Positions 24,972 through 37,499 of a stretch of 64,000 nt of DNA are shown here, piece by piece. How positions within the stretch are numbered: position 1 is the stretch's first letter; each line of letters opens with the position of its first letter. The stretch lies in NCBI RefSeq assembly GCF_018350175.1, contig NC_058368.1, forward strand, positions 95,978,001 to 96,042,000, given 5' to 3'. The stretch comes from Felis catus. Its lineage: Eukaryota. The notes under the pieces are model-generated. The model ran no database searches. It worked only from the letters and a program-made list of their open reading frames with translations, and was not told the DNA's origin. The translations under genes and the position numbers were made by a program.

Positions 24972-26131
24972 TAAGTGGTACCTTCTTTACGAAAAAATAG
25001 ATTCTGGAATTTTCGGGAAGTTTTTTCATCCTTCCTCCTCCTATTCCAGAAATACTTGCTCAAATGCAGTAAGTAATCTACCCAACACATTGTACAAGGA
25101 ACAGAAGAATAAAATCCAACTATCACAATTGTTTTATAAGCTAAGTAATAAAGAATAGATAAAATTAGTACATTATGTATTTTTTTCTAGGAGAATAAGA
25201 CTGAAAATCTGCTAATAGGTGAAGATGTGTGTCAGTTGGCTACAAAAACAACAGAAACCAGTTGAAAATGGTTTTTGAGTCAAATAGTTCATGTGTTGAT
25301 GTTACCATCTCTACCTTCTTCAGGAGAAGGCTTACTTCATAAGAAGTGAATTGACAGAAGCATAATGGATTGGGCTTCTTTCTGTTAGGAAATTTTATAA
25401 CAGAAAGCAGTGTGAGATCAAGTTAAAGTAAGTACAGTAATATAAAGTGTCAGAAGCATTCAGAGTTTGTGATCAGAAGAGCTTCACAGAAAAGTGATGT
25501 ATAGGGCTGGTGTTGACCAATCTCAGCTCTCCAGACTGTGAGTGAACCATGACAGTTTACAAGATTAATATGACTAGGTTATATACGTTTTTCACAGGAA
25601 AATTTGGAGCCACGGCTCGACAAGTAGGTTGAGATACAAGAGCTGAAGGCGAGACTAAGATCAGGACCTTGGATTCCTTTACCAAGCTGCTCAAAGATTA
25701 TCAATGGTTCCCACTGCTAAATGCAAAATCCAGTGTAGTAGTCATGTAAAGATGGATTAGAGAGATAGATATTGGAGACAGAAAGATTTGAGAGCAAGGT
25801 ATTTTCAGAACAGAGAGCTGGCATCAGAGGAGGCCTGTTGATCAGTTCCAGGCTTCCAAATAAAACCAAATGTTAAGCTTCATTTTTATTAACATGGACA
25901 TCCCAAACTCCGACAAGATTCCATGAATAATGGAAAAGCCAGTGACCCCTGACTCAACTTAAACATTTTGCAGTGACTTGGCATTTTTCTTTTATATCTT
26001 ACAGGCTTTATGAAATAAATATTTTCAAAAAACTTCCTTTCACACATAGCTTCTAACAATATAATTAAACTTACAGCTCAGCTGTAATATATATTTTTAA
26101 ATACTATACACTATCATAAAAATGTTATATA

Positions 26132-26150
26132 TAGCACCATCTGTTGGCTA
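26132..26150 (-). promoter_or_regulatory. Candidate CTCF binding site
   Basis: The minus strand reads TAGCCAACAGATGGTGCTA, close to the CTCF core consensus. Motif evidence only. Confidence 0.45.
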
Positions 26151-26410
26151 AGGTATCTTTAACAGATGAAAAATGTTTTATGCAAATGAGATTAGAATAT
26201 CATTAAATTTGAACAGAGAAAGGAAAAACAGCTTTAATTTTGAATAGGCAAAAGTGAACTCTCTGTGGTCACTGAGTAGTAATGAAGCCTGATAATTCAG
26301 ATTATTTTGACCTCTGCAAACAGAATAACATCAATTATGACAAGTTGGCATAGTAATAATTTACCTTCATCAGAGATGATAAAATTGACAAAGCCATACT
26401 CCATACCTTT

Positions 26411-26631
26411 AAAAAATTTTTTTTTAATGTTCATTCATTTTTTGAGAGACAGAGGGAGACAGAGCCTGAGTGGGGGAGGAGCAGAGAGAGAGGGAGACAC
26501 AGAATGTGAAGTAGGTTCCAGGCTCTCAGCTGTCAGCACAGAGCCCCATGTGGGGCTCGAACTCACAGATGGCGAGATCATGACCTGTGCTGAAGTTGGA
26601 TGCTTAACCGCTTGAGCCACCCAGGCGCCCC
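26411..26631 (-). mobile_element. CAN-SINE (SINEC_Fc type)
   Basis: Perfect TSD ccatactccataccttt at 26394-26410 and 26630-26646. Confidence 0.97.
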
Positions 26632-26866
26632 ATACTCCATACCTTTTAAGCACGCAAATCTCACCTAAAACGGGTATCGGCAGTGAATGTGGTCAGTTTG
26701 AAGATGAAACATAATGTATAAAAAACAATCTTATGAAATGGCACAATTTAAGATGAAGTTAGAGGATGAAATTAACCAAATTACATGTAGCTTACATATT
26801 TCTCCTTCCTTCGATTTGTGAATATTCATTGGCATAATATATGTGGACATGTAGTAAGTTAAAAGG

Positions 26867-26908
26867 AAATTTTAGTTATATTTAGTTAAATTTTAGTTAT
26901 ATTTAGTT
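26867..26908. repeat. Perfect 21-bp tandem duplication
   Basis: aaattttagttatatttagtt x2. Confidence 0.9.
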
Positions 26909-27042
26909 GCATATCCTTGGGAATTGAGGAATGGAATGAATCTCTGTTCTTTACTCAGTATTTATCTTGATAAGGACATAGGCAAATTCTTCTTTGGTTT
27001 AGTTTTTCTTGAGATTTTGCCTTCAAGAAATACCAACAATTG

Positions 27043-27270
27043 GGGGTGCCTGGGTGGCTCAGTCATTTGCACATACTAGTCGTGATTTTGGCTCAGGTCA
27101 TGATCCCAGGGTCATGAGATTGAGCCCCCTTTTGGGTTCCACACTGAGCATAGAATCTGCTTCAGATTTTCTCCCCCCGCTGCCCCTCTCCCCAGCTCAC
27201 ACTCTCTGTAAAATAAAAAAATAAATAAAATAAAATATAATAATATGCCAGTAATAATAATTATAATAAA
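27043..27270 (+). mobile_element. CAN-SINE
   Basis: ggggtgcctgggtggctcagtc head. TSD aaataccaacaa / aaataccagcaa. Confidence 0.92.
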
Positions 27271-27559
27271 ATAAATACCAGCAACTGAAAGTTGCCAAAG
27301 AAATAGAAGCATACTATTTTTAAATGTTGGATTTTCACCATCTACTATGTTGGTGAATTAATGACTGTCCATTGTGTTTCATGGCCTTATGCTAGCAATC
27401 CTTGTCTTTAAGGAGACTCTACTTTAAAATAAATTATAAGACTTTTCCATAAAGAACAATATGGAAAGAAGGGGAGTGTAAATTTCACATGTAAGGAATA
27501 TTGAGGACAGGGAATAATAATGGTGTTGAAAGGAAAGGAGAGTTCTTCCAGATCTCCAG

Positions 27560-28275
27560 TGTAGATAAGACTCAATGCTTTATCTCTTGCCCCTGCCTTA
27601 CTCTTTCAACAGCCACTAAACTCCAGCCCAAGTGCCTAATTGCTTTTCAATAAATAAGGCTTTTCTAGTTCTGTGTGTTTGCGGTGTGTCCTCCCTTTTT
27701 CTGGGAATGCTTGTTCTCTCCCCCTTTTCTTGGTAAACTCAGATGCTCCCTTTTGATAGTCACCTCAGCAAGACTTTCCAGATGCTTTACAGTATGGGCT
27801 CTGCTTTCCTCCTCTGCTTCATTTCATGTCAGTTTCTCCAGCATGTGATATGCTTCCTTTGTGGTGGCCTTCCTTAAGTTTCTAGAATGTGTTGAATTTT
27901 CTTGTGTAGATGTTTGAACGTGCTCTTTAATGCAGCCCATGGTGATTTCTTTTTTTCAGCACATCGTAACCATTACTTTATAAATCTAGTTCATCCTTCC
28001 GCTCTGAGATGAGAAATTACATCCTTTTTTGAAGCTTTCTCTGATTTCCCGGAGTGAGTAAATGTTTTTCCTCTCAAGATTATCGACGGTCCGAAATGTT
28101 CTCACGTATTTTTGTGTTTTAGTATATGCTACGACCATCATGTCAATTCTCAGTTCTTCTCTAGACAGCAGTTTTTATATATCTTTAAGACTGTGTATCA
28201 GTCTTACCAGCTAATACAGTTTATAATATGTAGGTTTGGCACGATAAATGTTTGTAAGTAAATTAATATATGAAT
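27560..28275 (+). mobile_element. L2 fragments
   Basis: Pyrimidine-rich L2 3' motifs (ctgggaatgctt...ggtaaactc...gtcacctc; gaagctttctctgatt; ataaatgtttg). Confidence 0.5.
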
Positions 28276-28703
28276 GTGTGATCTCTCTTTCACGAGAAGC
28301 ACGCTTAGTTATTCCTCTTTATTTTTCCAATGGATTTTTTTTTTTGGTTGAATTTTTGTCATAACAGTGGCTGTATCTATTTTTAAAGAGTTGTTTGTCT
28401 TTAAGCTCAGGGTCAGGGATTGTCTGTGCAATTCCAAGCCTTAGCATTAGGTATGTTTTAAATCAGTTTCTCTTAATGTATTGATGATGTTTAAAAATAA
28501 GGAATCAGACTGGATAGATCTAGATAATTGAGATACTATACTCTGCCTTTGATTCTCTTGCAAATCAATTGTGACCACAAATATTTCTTATCAGACAACC
28601 AAAACTGTAGTTCTTTACCTAATATTTTACATTTATTCCTCTTGTTCACTTGTCTCTGGGAGATAGCAGTGAATCTACTCGGTATATATTTAAAGTTTTA
28701 AGA

Positions 28704-28918
28704 GGGGTGCCTAGGTGGCTCAGTCAGTTAATTGTCCAACTTTGACTCAGGTCACGATCTCACACATCATGAGTTCAAGCCCCACGTCGGGCTCTGTGCC
28801 GATAGCTCGGAGCCGGAGCCTGCTTTAGATTCTGTGTCTCCCTCTCTCTCTCTACCCCTCCCCTGCTCATGCCCTGTCTCTCTTTCTCTCTCTTAAAAAT
28901 AAATAAACATTAAAAAAA
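28704..28918 (+). mobile_element. CAN-SINE (SINEC_Fc type)
   Basis: Full head, body and A tail. Confidence 0.95.
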
Positions 28919-29317
28919 TTTTTGAGGAAATCTGTTTATTGTGGGCTTTGCTATTACTACTTGTTATTTCTATACTTTTACATTTACTGGGGCAATGACC
29001 ATGAACAGAAGTAGCATGCATCCTTTGAACTGGCTTTATGCACTAGAATTATGCAGAAGTTTTACCAGAACTTTAAACATGTACGTATTTATCTCTTAAA
29101 ATCTTGAGTCGGACTACATAGCTTGGAAAAAAGAGCAAGTAGTCTTAGGAGACTGAATTTAGGAAATTAAATACGTATGTATGCCAAATAATGTCTGATA
29201 GTTTATAAGTAGTTATTGGACATCTACTAGACATCGTTCTAGATCCTGAGATACAGTAGTGAAAAACATGAATAATCCAAAGGGATTATAATTTTATATT
29301 ATTCTTTAAAATATAGT

Positions 29318-29528
29318 TTATTTCTTTTTTGTTTGTTTATTTTTGAGAGACACAGGGAGAGCCAGCAGGGAAGGGGCAGAGAGAGAGGAAGAAAGAGAGA
29401 ATCCCAAGCAGGGTCCACACTGTCAGGACAGAGCCTGATGCAGGGCTCAAACTCATGACCTATGGGATCCTGACCTGAGCTGAAACCCGGAGTTGGACGC
29501 TTAACCAACTGAATCACTCAGGCACCCC
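29318..29528 (-). mobile_element. CAN-SINE
   Basis: Antisense body ending caggcacccc. Confidence 0.93.
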
Positions 29529-29580
29529 AGGGGCTCATAGTTTTGAAGACTGCAAAAAATAAAAATAAAAAATAAATTCA

Positions 29581-29812
29581 GGGGCGCCTGGGTGGCGCAG
29601 TCGGTTAAGCGTCCGACTTCAGCCAGGTCACGATCTCGCTGTCCGTGAGTTCGAGCCCCGCATCAGGCTCTGGGCTGATGGCTCGGAGCCTTGAGCCTGT
29701 TTCCGATTCTGTGTCTCCCTCTCTCTCTGCCCCTCCCCCGTTCATGCTCTGTCTCTCTCTGTCCCAAAAATAAATAAACGTTAAAAAAAATAAATAAAAA
29801 ATAAAATAAATA
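29581..29812 (+). mobile_element. Young felid SINEC_Fc
   Basis: ggggcgcctgggtggcgcagtcggttaagcgtccgacttcagccaggtcacgatctcgc...tgggctgatggctc. CpGs largely intact. TSD ends aataaattca. Confidence 0.97.
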
Positions 29813-29986
29813 AATTCAAATAAAAATGAACAAGATAATTTAATATAGTGACACAAAATTATAACTTGCCTTGAGAAAAGTTAAATGAGTTAGCACCAAG
29901 GTTAAAAGGAGTAGAATTTTAAATACACTGCTCAGGAAAAGATGTGAGACCTGAAATATATAATTGGTGAATGAGTGAAAGAAGGA

Positions 29987-30165
29987 TGAGAGTGAGCGCA
30001 TGAGGAGGGGAGGGGTAGAAAGAGAGGGAGACACAGAATCCGAAGCAGGCTCCAGGTTCTGAGCTGTCAGCCCAGAGCCCGACACGGGGCTCGAACTCAC
30101 GAACTCCAAGACTATGACCTGAGTCGAAGTCAGACGCCCAATCGACCGAGCCACCCAGGCGCCCC
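29987..30165 (-). mobile_element. SINEC_Fc lacking its A tail
   Basis: CpG-rich body ending ccaggcgcccc, with no poly(T) at the left end. Confidence 0.93.
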
Positions 30166-31384
30166 TCATCTCCTTTAATACAATTTTATATTTTATTGGG
30201 AGTGTAGCCAAACCATACCTCTTGGGGGATCCCCCAGATCTGGCAGCCTAGAGTTCAGGCCACACAACTCCTTCCTACTCTACATAATAAGGCTTGGTAG
30301 AGCACCACGCATTTAATAACTGCTTAGGAGTACCCGCTGACCCGATGTGAGTTTTTTTTTTTTTTTCTGCCATATGTTGCCTTCTCTCTTCCCTGACAAG
30401 AATGGTTTTAAAATAAAACACATTGCCTAAAATCAGGACACAAAAACCACAGAGACCATTATGTAAGGCAAGTCCATTTTTAAGCCTCACAAACTTGAAG
30501 GTGTCCCTTCGAGCAGGAAGTACTATAATGGGAAGATATAGCTTCATTACTGTGCCCTTTCTTGAAGAATAAGAACTATCAAAGCAGCTGGCTGTGTCTC
30601 GTGGGGTATCATTTGGGCCTTGGAGAAAAAAATGTGAGACTCTTGGTCTGGTTGGAAGTGCTTGTACGTGGTCATCTAAATCCCTAAAGAAACTCTCAAG
30701 GTTCTGGCCCAAGCTGCTGCTGTTGAAAAGAATAAATATGTTTTCGGAAACTTAGAGCCATAGAGAGTGAAATAATTCACCTGTAACCTTTTCAAAACTT
30801 TAGTTCCCTATTGGGAGCATGAATTTGGTCTTTTGCCTCATTTGACTATCAATTTGGAGTTGCTTCATTAAATTTTTCCCTGGGTTAGGGCCAGGTTTCA
30901 GGGGAGGGGGTAGCAAAGCACAGAAAATTGCAAGGATGTCCGCTGCTTTGGAAGCATGATTTCCCCTATGCTTTTGGAGTTTAATACATTTGAGGGTTTG
31001 GGGAGAAGGGGTTGTATTACCTGGAATGGGGGAAATCCTGCTGTTGCAAATATGAAATAATTGCTTTGTAAGTTAGCAGTCATACATACAGAGAAACGTG
31101 TATTTGTATTTTTATTTACCACTCTAATTGTTAGGGTAAAGGGCTCGTTGGTGTAAACATTTAGTTTTGCCTTGTCACTGTGGCCAGTGGAGCCACAAAT
31201 TTGCAACGTTCCCTAGTTCAAGTCTTTGTGTATATTAGAGTAGACATTGTCTAGGGGAAATCTGCTTCTGGAAATTGACAGCCATGATCACCCATTGTAT
31301 GTGGAAATCATACAAACTTGACTTCAGGTTTTGATGTGTCAGTCCTTATCATCCTCATCACTACCCTCATCAGTGTCCTCAAGA

Positions 31385-31560
31385 TCCATCCGGGAGCTTA
31401 TGTGTTCCAGGAACTATTCTAAGTGCTTTATACACTTAGTCGCATTCAATATTCATAGTTATGTTATAGAACGAATATGTTTTATGGTTACATTTTATGG
31501 ATGAAAACCATGGAGGCTTAGAAAGTTAAGGAACAAGCCCAAAGTCACTCCCCAAATACC
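31385..31560 (-). mobile_element. MIR
   Basis: tatgtgttccaggaactattctaagtgcttta...cattttatggatga...gaggcttagaaagttaaggaacaagcccaaagtcac. Confidence 0.75.
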
Positions 31561-31999
31561 CAAGTTTCATGCAAGGGAATTTTCAGTATCCATTAAATAG
31601 CCAATGGACAGATTCAGAGCAACACGTAAAGTAGAAGAATTTGGTTTTCTTTTATGAATGTTCCCAGCACCCTATGATAATCTTAGTTCTCTTGTGGCAG
31701 CAAGAAACCAGGGTGATGCTCAAATTAAAGACATATTCTCTAAAAGCACTAAACATTCATGGTTTACAATTGCTTTCCATTAAAACAATTTATTAAAATA
31801 ATCTCACTTGGGGGGACATGCACTGTGGTCAATTTTTCCTGTCAGGAGGTATCTGAAAGTGACACGTTGTCCCTTTTGTCTCTTACCCACCTGCAAAAAT
31901 ACCAGTGGCACAAAGTGTCAGTGGAATGATACACTGCTTCTGAAACCTTGTACATGTAGTCTCAAAGTTAACAATGGGATTTCTTATCAAGCCTTAACA

Positions 32000-32206
32000 T
32001 TGTTTTTAACGCTTATTTATTTTTGAGAGAGAGACAGAGCATGAGCTGGGGAGAGGCAGAGAGAGAGGGAGACACAGAATCTGAGGCAGGCTCCAGGCTC
32101 TGAGCTGTCAGTACAGAGCCTGACACGGGGCTTGAACCCATGATCTGTGAGATCACGACCTGAGCCAAAGTTGGACGCTTAATTGTCTGGGCCACGCGGT
32201 CGCTCC
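32000..32206 (-). mobile_element. CAN-SINE (SINEC_Fc type)
   Basis: TSD tcttatcaagccttaa / tcttatcaggtcttaa. Confidence 0.95.
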
Positions 32207-32590
32207 TCTTATCAGGTCTTAAGAAAGCAGAAGAGTGAGCCCGGAAGCATGAAAAGTGTTACTTGTACTTCTGTTTTGTAATCTAAGAAGCACCAGGTTT
32301 ACATAGTGAACTCTGAGGTCATAAGATTTCTAGAAAAAGTGAGCAGAGAGGTTATTGATCTTTCCAGAGTGTCCCTGCAAAGATCCCACGAAGCAGAATC
32401 CCTCATACAATGCATGGAGATTATCAGAGAGTCAATGGGTCCAGACAATAGCGTTAGGGTCAGGGAGACTGGAATCCTCCGCCATGACTAAGTAACTGAG
32501 AGACCACGCCCTAAATCTACGACCCTATCTGTTAGGCCTTAGTTTATATCTAAGGTCTACCTCAGATGTTTTTAAAGATATACACAGATT

Positions 32591-32777
32591 GGGGCTCCTG
32601 AGTGGCTCATTCACTTAAGCGTCTGACTCTTGATTTCAGCTCAGGTCATGAGCTCATGGTCCTGGGGTCAAGCCAGGCGTGGGGTTCAATGCTGGATTAT
32701 GGAGCCTGCTTAAGATTCTCTGTCTCCCTCTGTTTTCCTGCCTTGCTCCCATGTTCATTGTCTCTCGTTCGCTCTCA

Positions 32778-32834
<57 letters not shown>
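32591..32834 (+). mobile_element. CAN-SINE with An(TA)n tail
   Basis: ggggctcctgagtggctca head, with a poly(A) then (TA)n tail. Confidence 0.92.
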
Positions 32835-32836
<2 letters not shown>

Positions 32837-34825
32837 ATTAATTATGTCCTTCACAACTTTCTCAGTGGGCCTCCCAACTCACAGCATTCTCTTTTGGCCC
32901 CCAGAGCCATTGTCCGGTGGAGTTATGTACCCCATATCCTAGTTCACTACTGACCTGCAACCTCATCATTTACTGCTGCCACTTAATTTGTTACTATGAA
33001 AATAAAATTCACAAGTAGCGTTATGTCAACTATGTGTTTCGTAGCTAAACACTCTCCCTCCAGAATTTATTATACTTTTTGGCGAAGCCTGTGGGATCAT
33101 GAGCCAACAGGAATTTCAAAGGCAGCTAAAAGAAATACCGTTATTAAATGCAGTGTCTGGTGGTGAGGTGGGTTCCTTAAAGCAAGGAGGGCTGGTGTAC
33201 TGTGAGGGAAAATACACAAACGGTTATAAAGAGAGGTCATGACACAAGTTCGCTCACATTTAAGCAGGCCCGAAATAAAAGAATCAGGTTATTTCTGAAA
33301 GTCGTTGTGAGTGAGATTGATGTTTCTAGTCTTAGGAAATCAATACTCTGTCGTCTCTATAGTACATCTTGATTTGTAATTCATACGGTGTTATGAAATG
33401 TTATAAATCTCAAGGAAGAAAAGGAGCTCGTAGCCTAAGGAGTTCATGCAAGAGAAACTGAAGTTATAGAGAAATGATGACTATCCCAGATTTTACACTG
33501 GTTTACTTCTTTTTTACCTGTTACGTCTAGCTTTATGCTAAATAGCCATGGTCCCTGTCTAAAGATAGGACTGGAAGTCGAGCCGAATTTGCTTCTCAGT
33601 TATTACGACTCTAGCTTACAAGTTAGTCAATATGTAGAACTGAGAGAGGTTTATATTTAATGCGACTTAGTTTAAGAAACTAAAGAGACATGCTATTTTT
33701 GAAAGTAAAAAACGCTTTTTCATTACGATAGCATTTAATTCCATGCATTTGAACATATAGGTACCGTGAAAAAGATAGGAGTACAATCTCTTATCCTTGA
33801 ATAGATTCAATCTGATAGGATATTTTAAATTTCAGTGAAAACTATGATAGCACTTTTAGGGCTGAGGCTAGTGTCTCTGCGCTCACATATAAAAATAGTT
33901 ATGTACTTTATTAAGAAAGCCGGCAAATAGTCACTTAATCCTTTTTTGAAGTGTCATTCTAAATCCTGAGTCTAACTGATCTGTTTCTTTTCAGTGTACA
34001 TTATGTAATAATTTACATTCTCTGCTTTTAGAAGAAAAGGACTGCTTGTCTCCTGTGTTTGTGTTTAGCCCACATGCTGGATAGAAGAATTTAGGCACTT
34101 ATTAGGGTCAGAGTAAATAAATGCATATAAAGCAGCAGGACACAGCACATCATCAAATAGAGCAGAATAGAATAGGGTTTTGTTTCTAACTCAGTGAAAT
34201 CGATCTACATGTAATAGCAGAAAAATCGACACCTTACATGATTGTTTGTAATTAAAAAAAAAAAAAAATGGTGGATCCTGACCAATGTATCTGCAAACCA
34301 AACGTCAGACTGCTCTATTCCACTCTGGGTCAGATGGTAGAAATTTTCCATCAGTGAGGCCTGTCTATATTCCGCCTCCCATTTTTCTTTAGCACACCAT
34401 AAGAGACTTCCTCGTCACGGTGATTACGGCACTACACTCCACAACACTCACTGTTCGAGAACCAACCAAACCACAGCTTACTTTATGATACAAATAGGTT
34501 CCAGCTCCCATACCCCCTGCTGCTTGCCAGCCTGGATGAGAAGAATCTTGGCCATTAACAAGAGGTCGTTAGCTCTACTGCAGGAGAAAATAGGATGATA
34601 CTTCCGTAGAGCTCTAGAGCCGGAACTCAGGAGAGTTCACAATTTTGAACATCTTTCCTCGATTCTGCCTTCAGTGACAGCATGTTAGTAGCATTAATCT
34701 GACCATGTTGGGAGTATTTACTTACACCACGGGGATTGGCAAACACTCAATCTATTTTTACCCCAATGAGTAGTTAAAAATGTACTAGCCTACCACTATA
34801 TTTTTTCTTAAAAGTACTCATTTTA

Positions 34826-35040
34826 GGGGCGCCTGGGTGTCTCGGTCAGTTAAGCGTTAACCTTGGTTTCGCTCAGGGCATGATCTCATGACTTGCGGGG
34901 TCGAGCCCCATGTCGGGCTCTGCACTGACAGTTTGGAGCCTGCTTGGGATTCTGTCTCCCTCTCTCTCTTCTCCTCCCCTGCTCATGCTCTCTTTCTCTC
35001 TCTCTCTCTCTGAAAATAAATAAATAAACACATTTTTAAA
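34826..35040 (+). mobile_element. CAN-SINE
   Basis: ggggcgcctgggtg head, CT linker, A tail. Confidence 0.95.
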
Positions 35041-35164
35041 GAGCACTGTTTTTATTCTCTTTATTTAAAAAAAAGCAGGTAGCTTTTAAACTATTTTTAT
35101 TATAACTTTAATAACTGTAAGTGATCATAGCACCAGCTAAGCCCATCAATGTGAGATTTGTATA

Positions 35165-35196
35165 TTTATTTAAAAATTTTTCAGTGTGTATTTATT

Positions 35197-35243
<47 letters not shown>

Positions 35244-35409
35244 ATGAGCAGAGGAGGGGCATAGAGAGAGAGGGAGACAGAATCTGCAGCAGGCTCCAGG
35301 CTCCGAGCTGTCAGCACAGAGCCCGATGCGGGGTTCGAACTCACGAACTGTGAGATCATGACCTGAGCTGAGGTCGGACGCTTAACCCACTGAGTCACCC
35401 AGGTGCCCC
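35165..35409 (-). mobile_element. CAN-SINE (SINEC_Fc type) with (GA)n
   Basis: Antisense body ending caggtgcccc. Confidence 0.95.
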
Positions 35410-37018
35410 AAGATTTATTTTAAAAAGGGGATATCTTAGTAATCATTTGCAGTAACTGTGTAAGCAAAGGGGAAAATTTGCTAGTCTTTAGTATTCATTA
35501 CAAGTATATATTTTGATACATTGTGTTTCCATACTCAATATCTGACAGACCTTTGATAATTTAAAATTTAGAAAAAAATTCTTCATATTTGAGTCCGTAA
35601 CTTTGTTTCACTGGAAACTGAATTTTTCTTCTTATTCCCTACCTGCTAATCTTCACTTCTGGAGTTGTCTTCAAGCCCTGGTGAGTTGCAAAAACTCATT
35701 GTCTTTTAGGATGCAAGCAAAAATACAAACAATATTTTTACAGATATATTTAACCGTTTAGGCTCGTTGACTGTGCTTAAACGGTATTTTTTCCTCCTTT
35801 ATTTTCTTTGTGGGTCTAGAAATTGTATAGTCTTCTCTCTCTCTCATCTTTAATCTAAATAGAATTATGAAATCAGTATGGAATTCACATGGGATGCTTT
35901 CCATTTGTTCCATTTTGTGTGTCAGAGTACATATGATTTATACTTTTCTCTTTAAGTCAAACAACATTAGTTTTCTTTGAACATCTGGCTGGCATCTGGG
36001 AGATCTACTCCATGCACTATTAATCAGAATATCATTGTGAAGTTTGGGTAATGACCGATGTGAATAGAATATATTTCTATGCGGTAAAGTTCACTTTATT
36101 GATTTAATACTACTCGGCGTCCTGAAGTGCTTTGGTTTTCAACACAATTTAAATACGTTGCCAAAGCTTTATTTATTTAGTACATTTACACAGTATTTTT
36201 CTTCCCAAGTGCTATGGAGTAATGGCAACCAGGCGAGATACAAAAGGCACTTTGTCTTCCATGTCCAGTTATTTTTACCGAGCACTTTCCTATAAGCTCA
36301 CTGCAAAATTCAACAGCTGTCTGGTTTAGGCTGCAACGCACTCTACTTTTCCCCCTCTTCTAGGCTCTTCTGTCTAGATCTTGTCACTTGTACTTGTCTG
36401 TTTTTCCAAGTCTCCCACCCAGCCCATCACCCTTTCTCTAATCCGTCTCTCCCTCCTCATCAGGAATCATTCCAACATCCAGTGGAGAAAAGTGAAGACA
36501 TAAGACTTAAGTCACTTTTTAAGCCTTGATATGTCGTCTTAGTTTTCATGCAACTTTCCTCTCTAACCTACATGAATTTTCTGCTTTTGGATTGCTTTTC
36601 TCTGTGTGTCTCCTGTTCCTGTCTTAATTTAAAATCCGTGTTTGACGGGACTCTTTATTGCTCTTTAGATGTTAGTGTGACTATCTCAATTTAAGAATGA
36701 AGAATATAATAAGGAGAAAATGCTAAAAAAAATGTAGCTTTGAACACAACACTAATAGCGTCTGGTGTTTAAGTTATTTTAAAAAAAAATATTTTTCAAA
36801 ATCAAACTTTCAATTAAAGAATGGACACCATGTTTAAGTTTTCTGCTCTTGATTTCCATTGCTTTTATATTTTCCTGAATGTCTCTCTGCTTCTTAGTTG
36901 TTTGTTAATTCTAAGGTTAAGGACCGCATTTAAATCAATGCACAGAGGGCACTGTGCTAAATAAACACTAAAGGTGTGTTTCTCTAACATTTTAGAAAAT
37001 CAGGAAAAAAAAGGGGGT

Positions 37019-37233
37019 GGGGCACCTGGGAGGCTCATTTGGTTAAGTGTCCGACTTCAGCTCAGGTCATGATCTCCGGCTCCTGAGTTTGAGCCTCGTG
37101 TCAGGTTCTGTGCTGACAGCTCAGAGCCTCAAGCCTGCTTCAGATTCTGTCTCTGTCTCTCTCTCTGCCCCTCCCCTGCTCATGCTCTGTCTCTGTCTCT
37201 CTCTCAAAAATAAATAAAAACATTAAAAAAAAA
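37019..37233 (+). mobile_element. CAN-SINE (SINEC_Fc type)
   Basis: Full head, body and tail. Confidence 0.95.
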
Positions 37234-37499
37234 ATTAAAGGTGGGTTTCCTGGTGATCAAAATAATCATTAAATTATAACTACTTATTATCATTATTATT
37301 TCCCTTTACTTATGGTAACAAGTGTTCAGCCCACTGAGAGGCCAAAGGAGAGCCTGATCTTTGAAGTTCCTTTCCTTACAATACATCTCTAACGATGGGG
37401 CATGAATATGTCTAATTGTGACCCACCAATTCTGAAACCAGAACCCCAGGAAAATCTGTGGAGCATCACCTCTGGAAAAATGAAGTCTGTTAGCACAGA

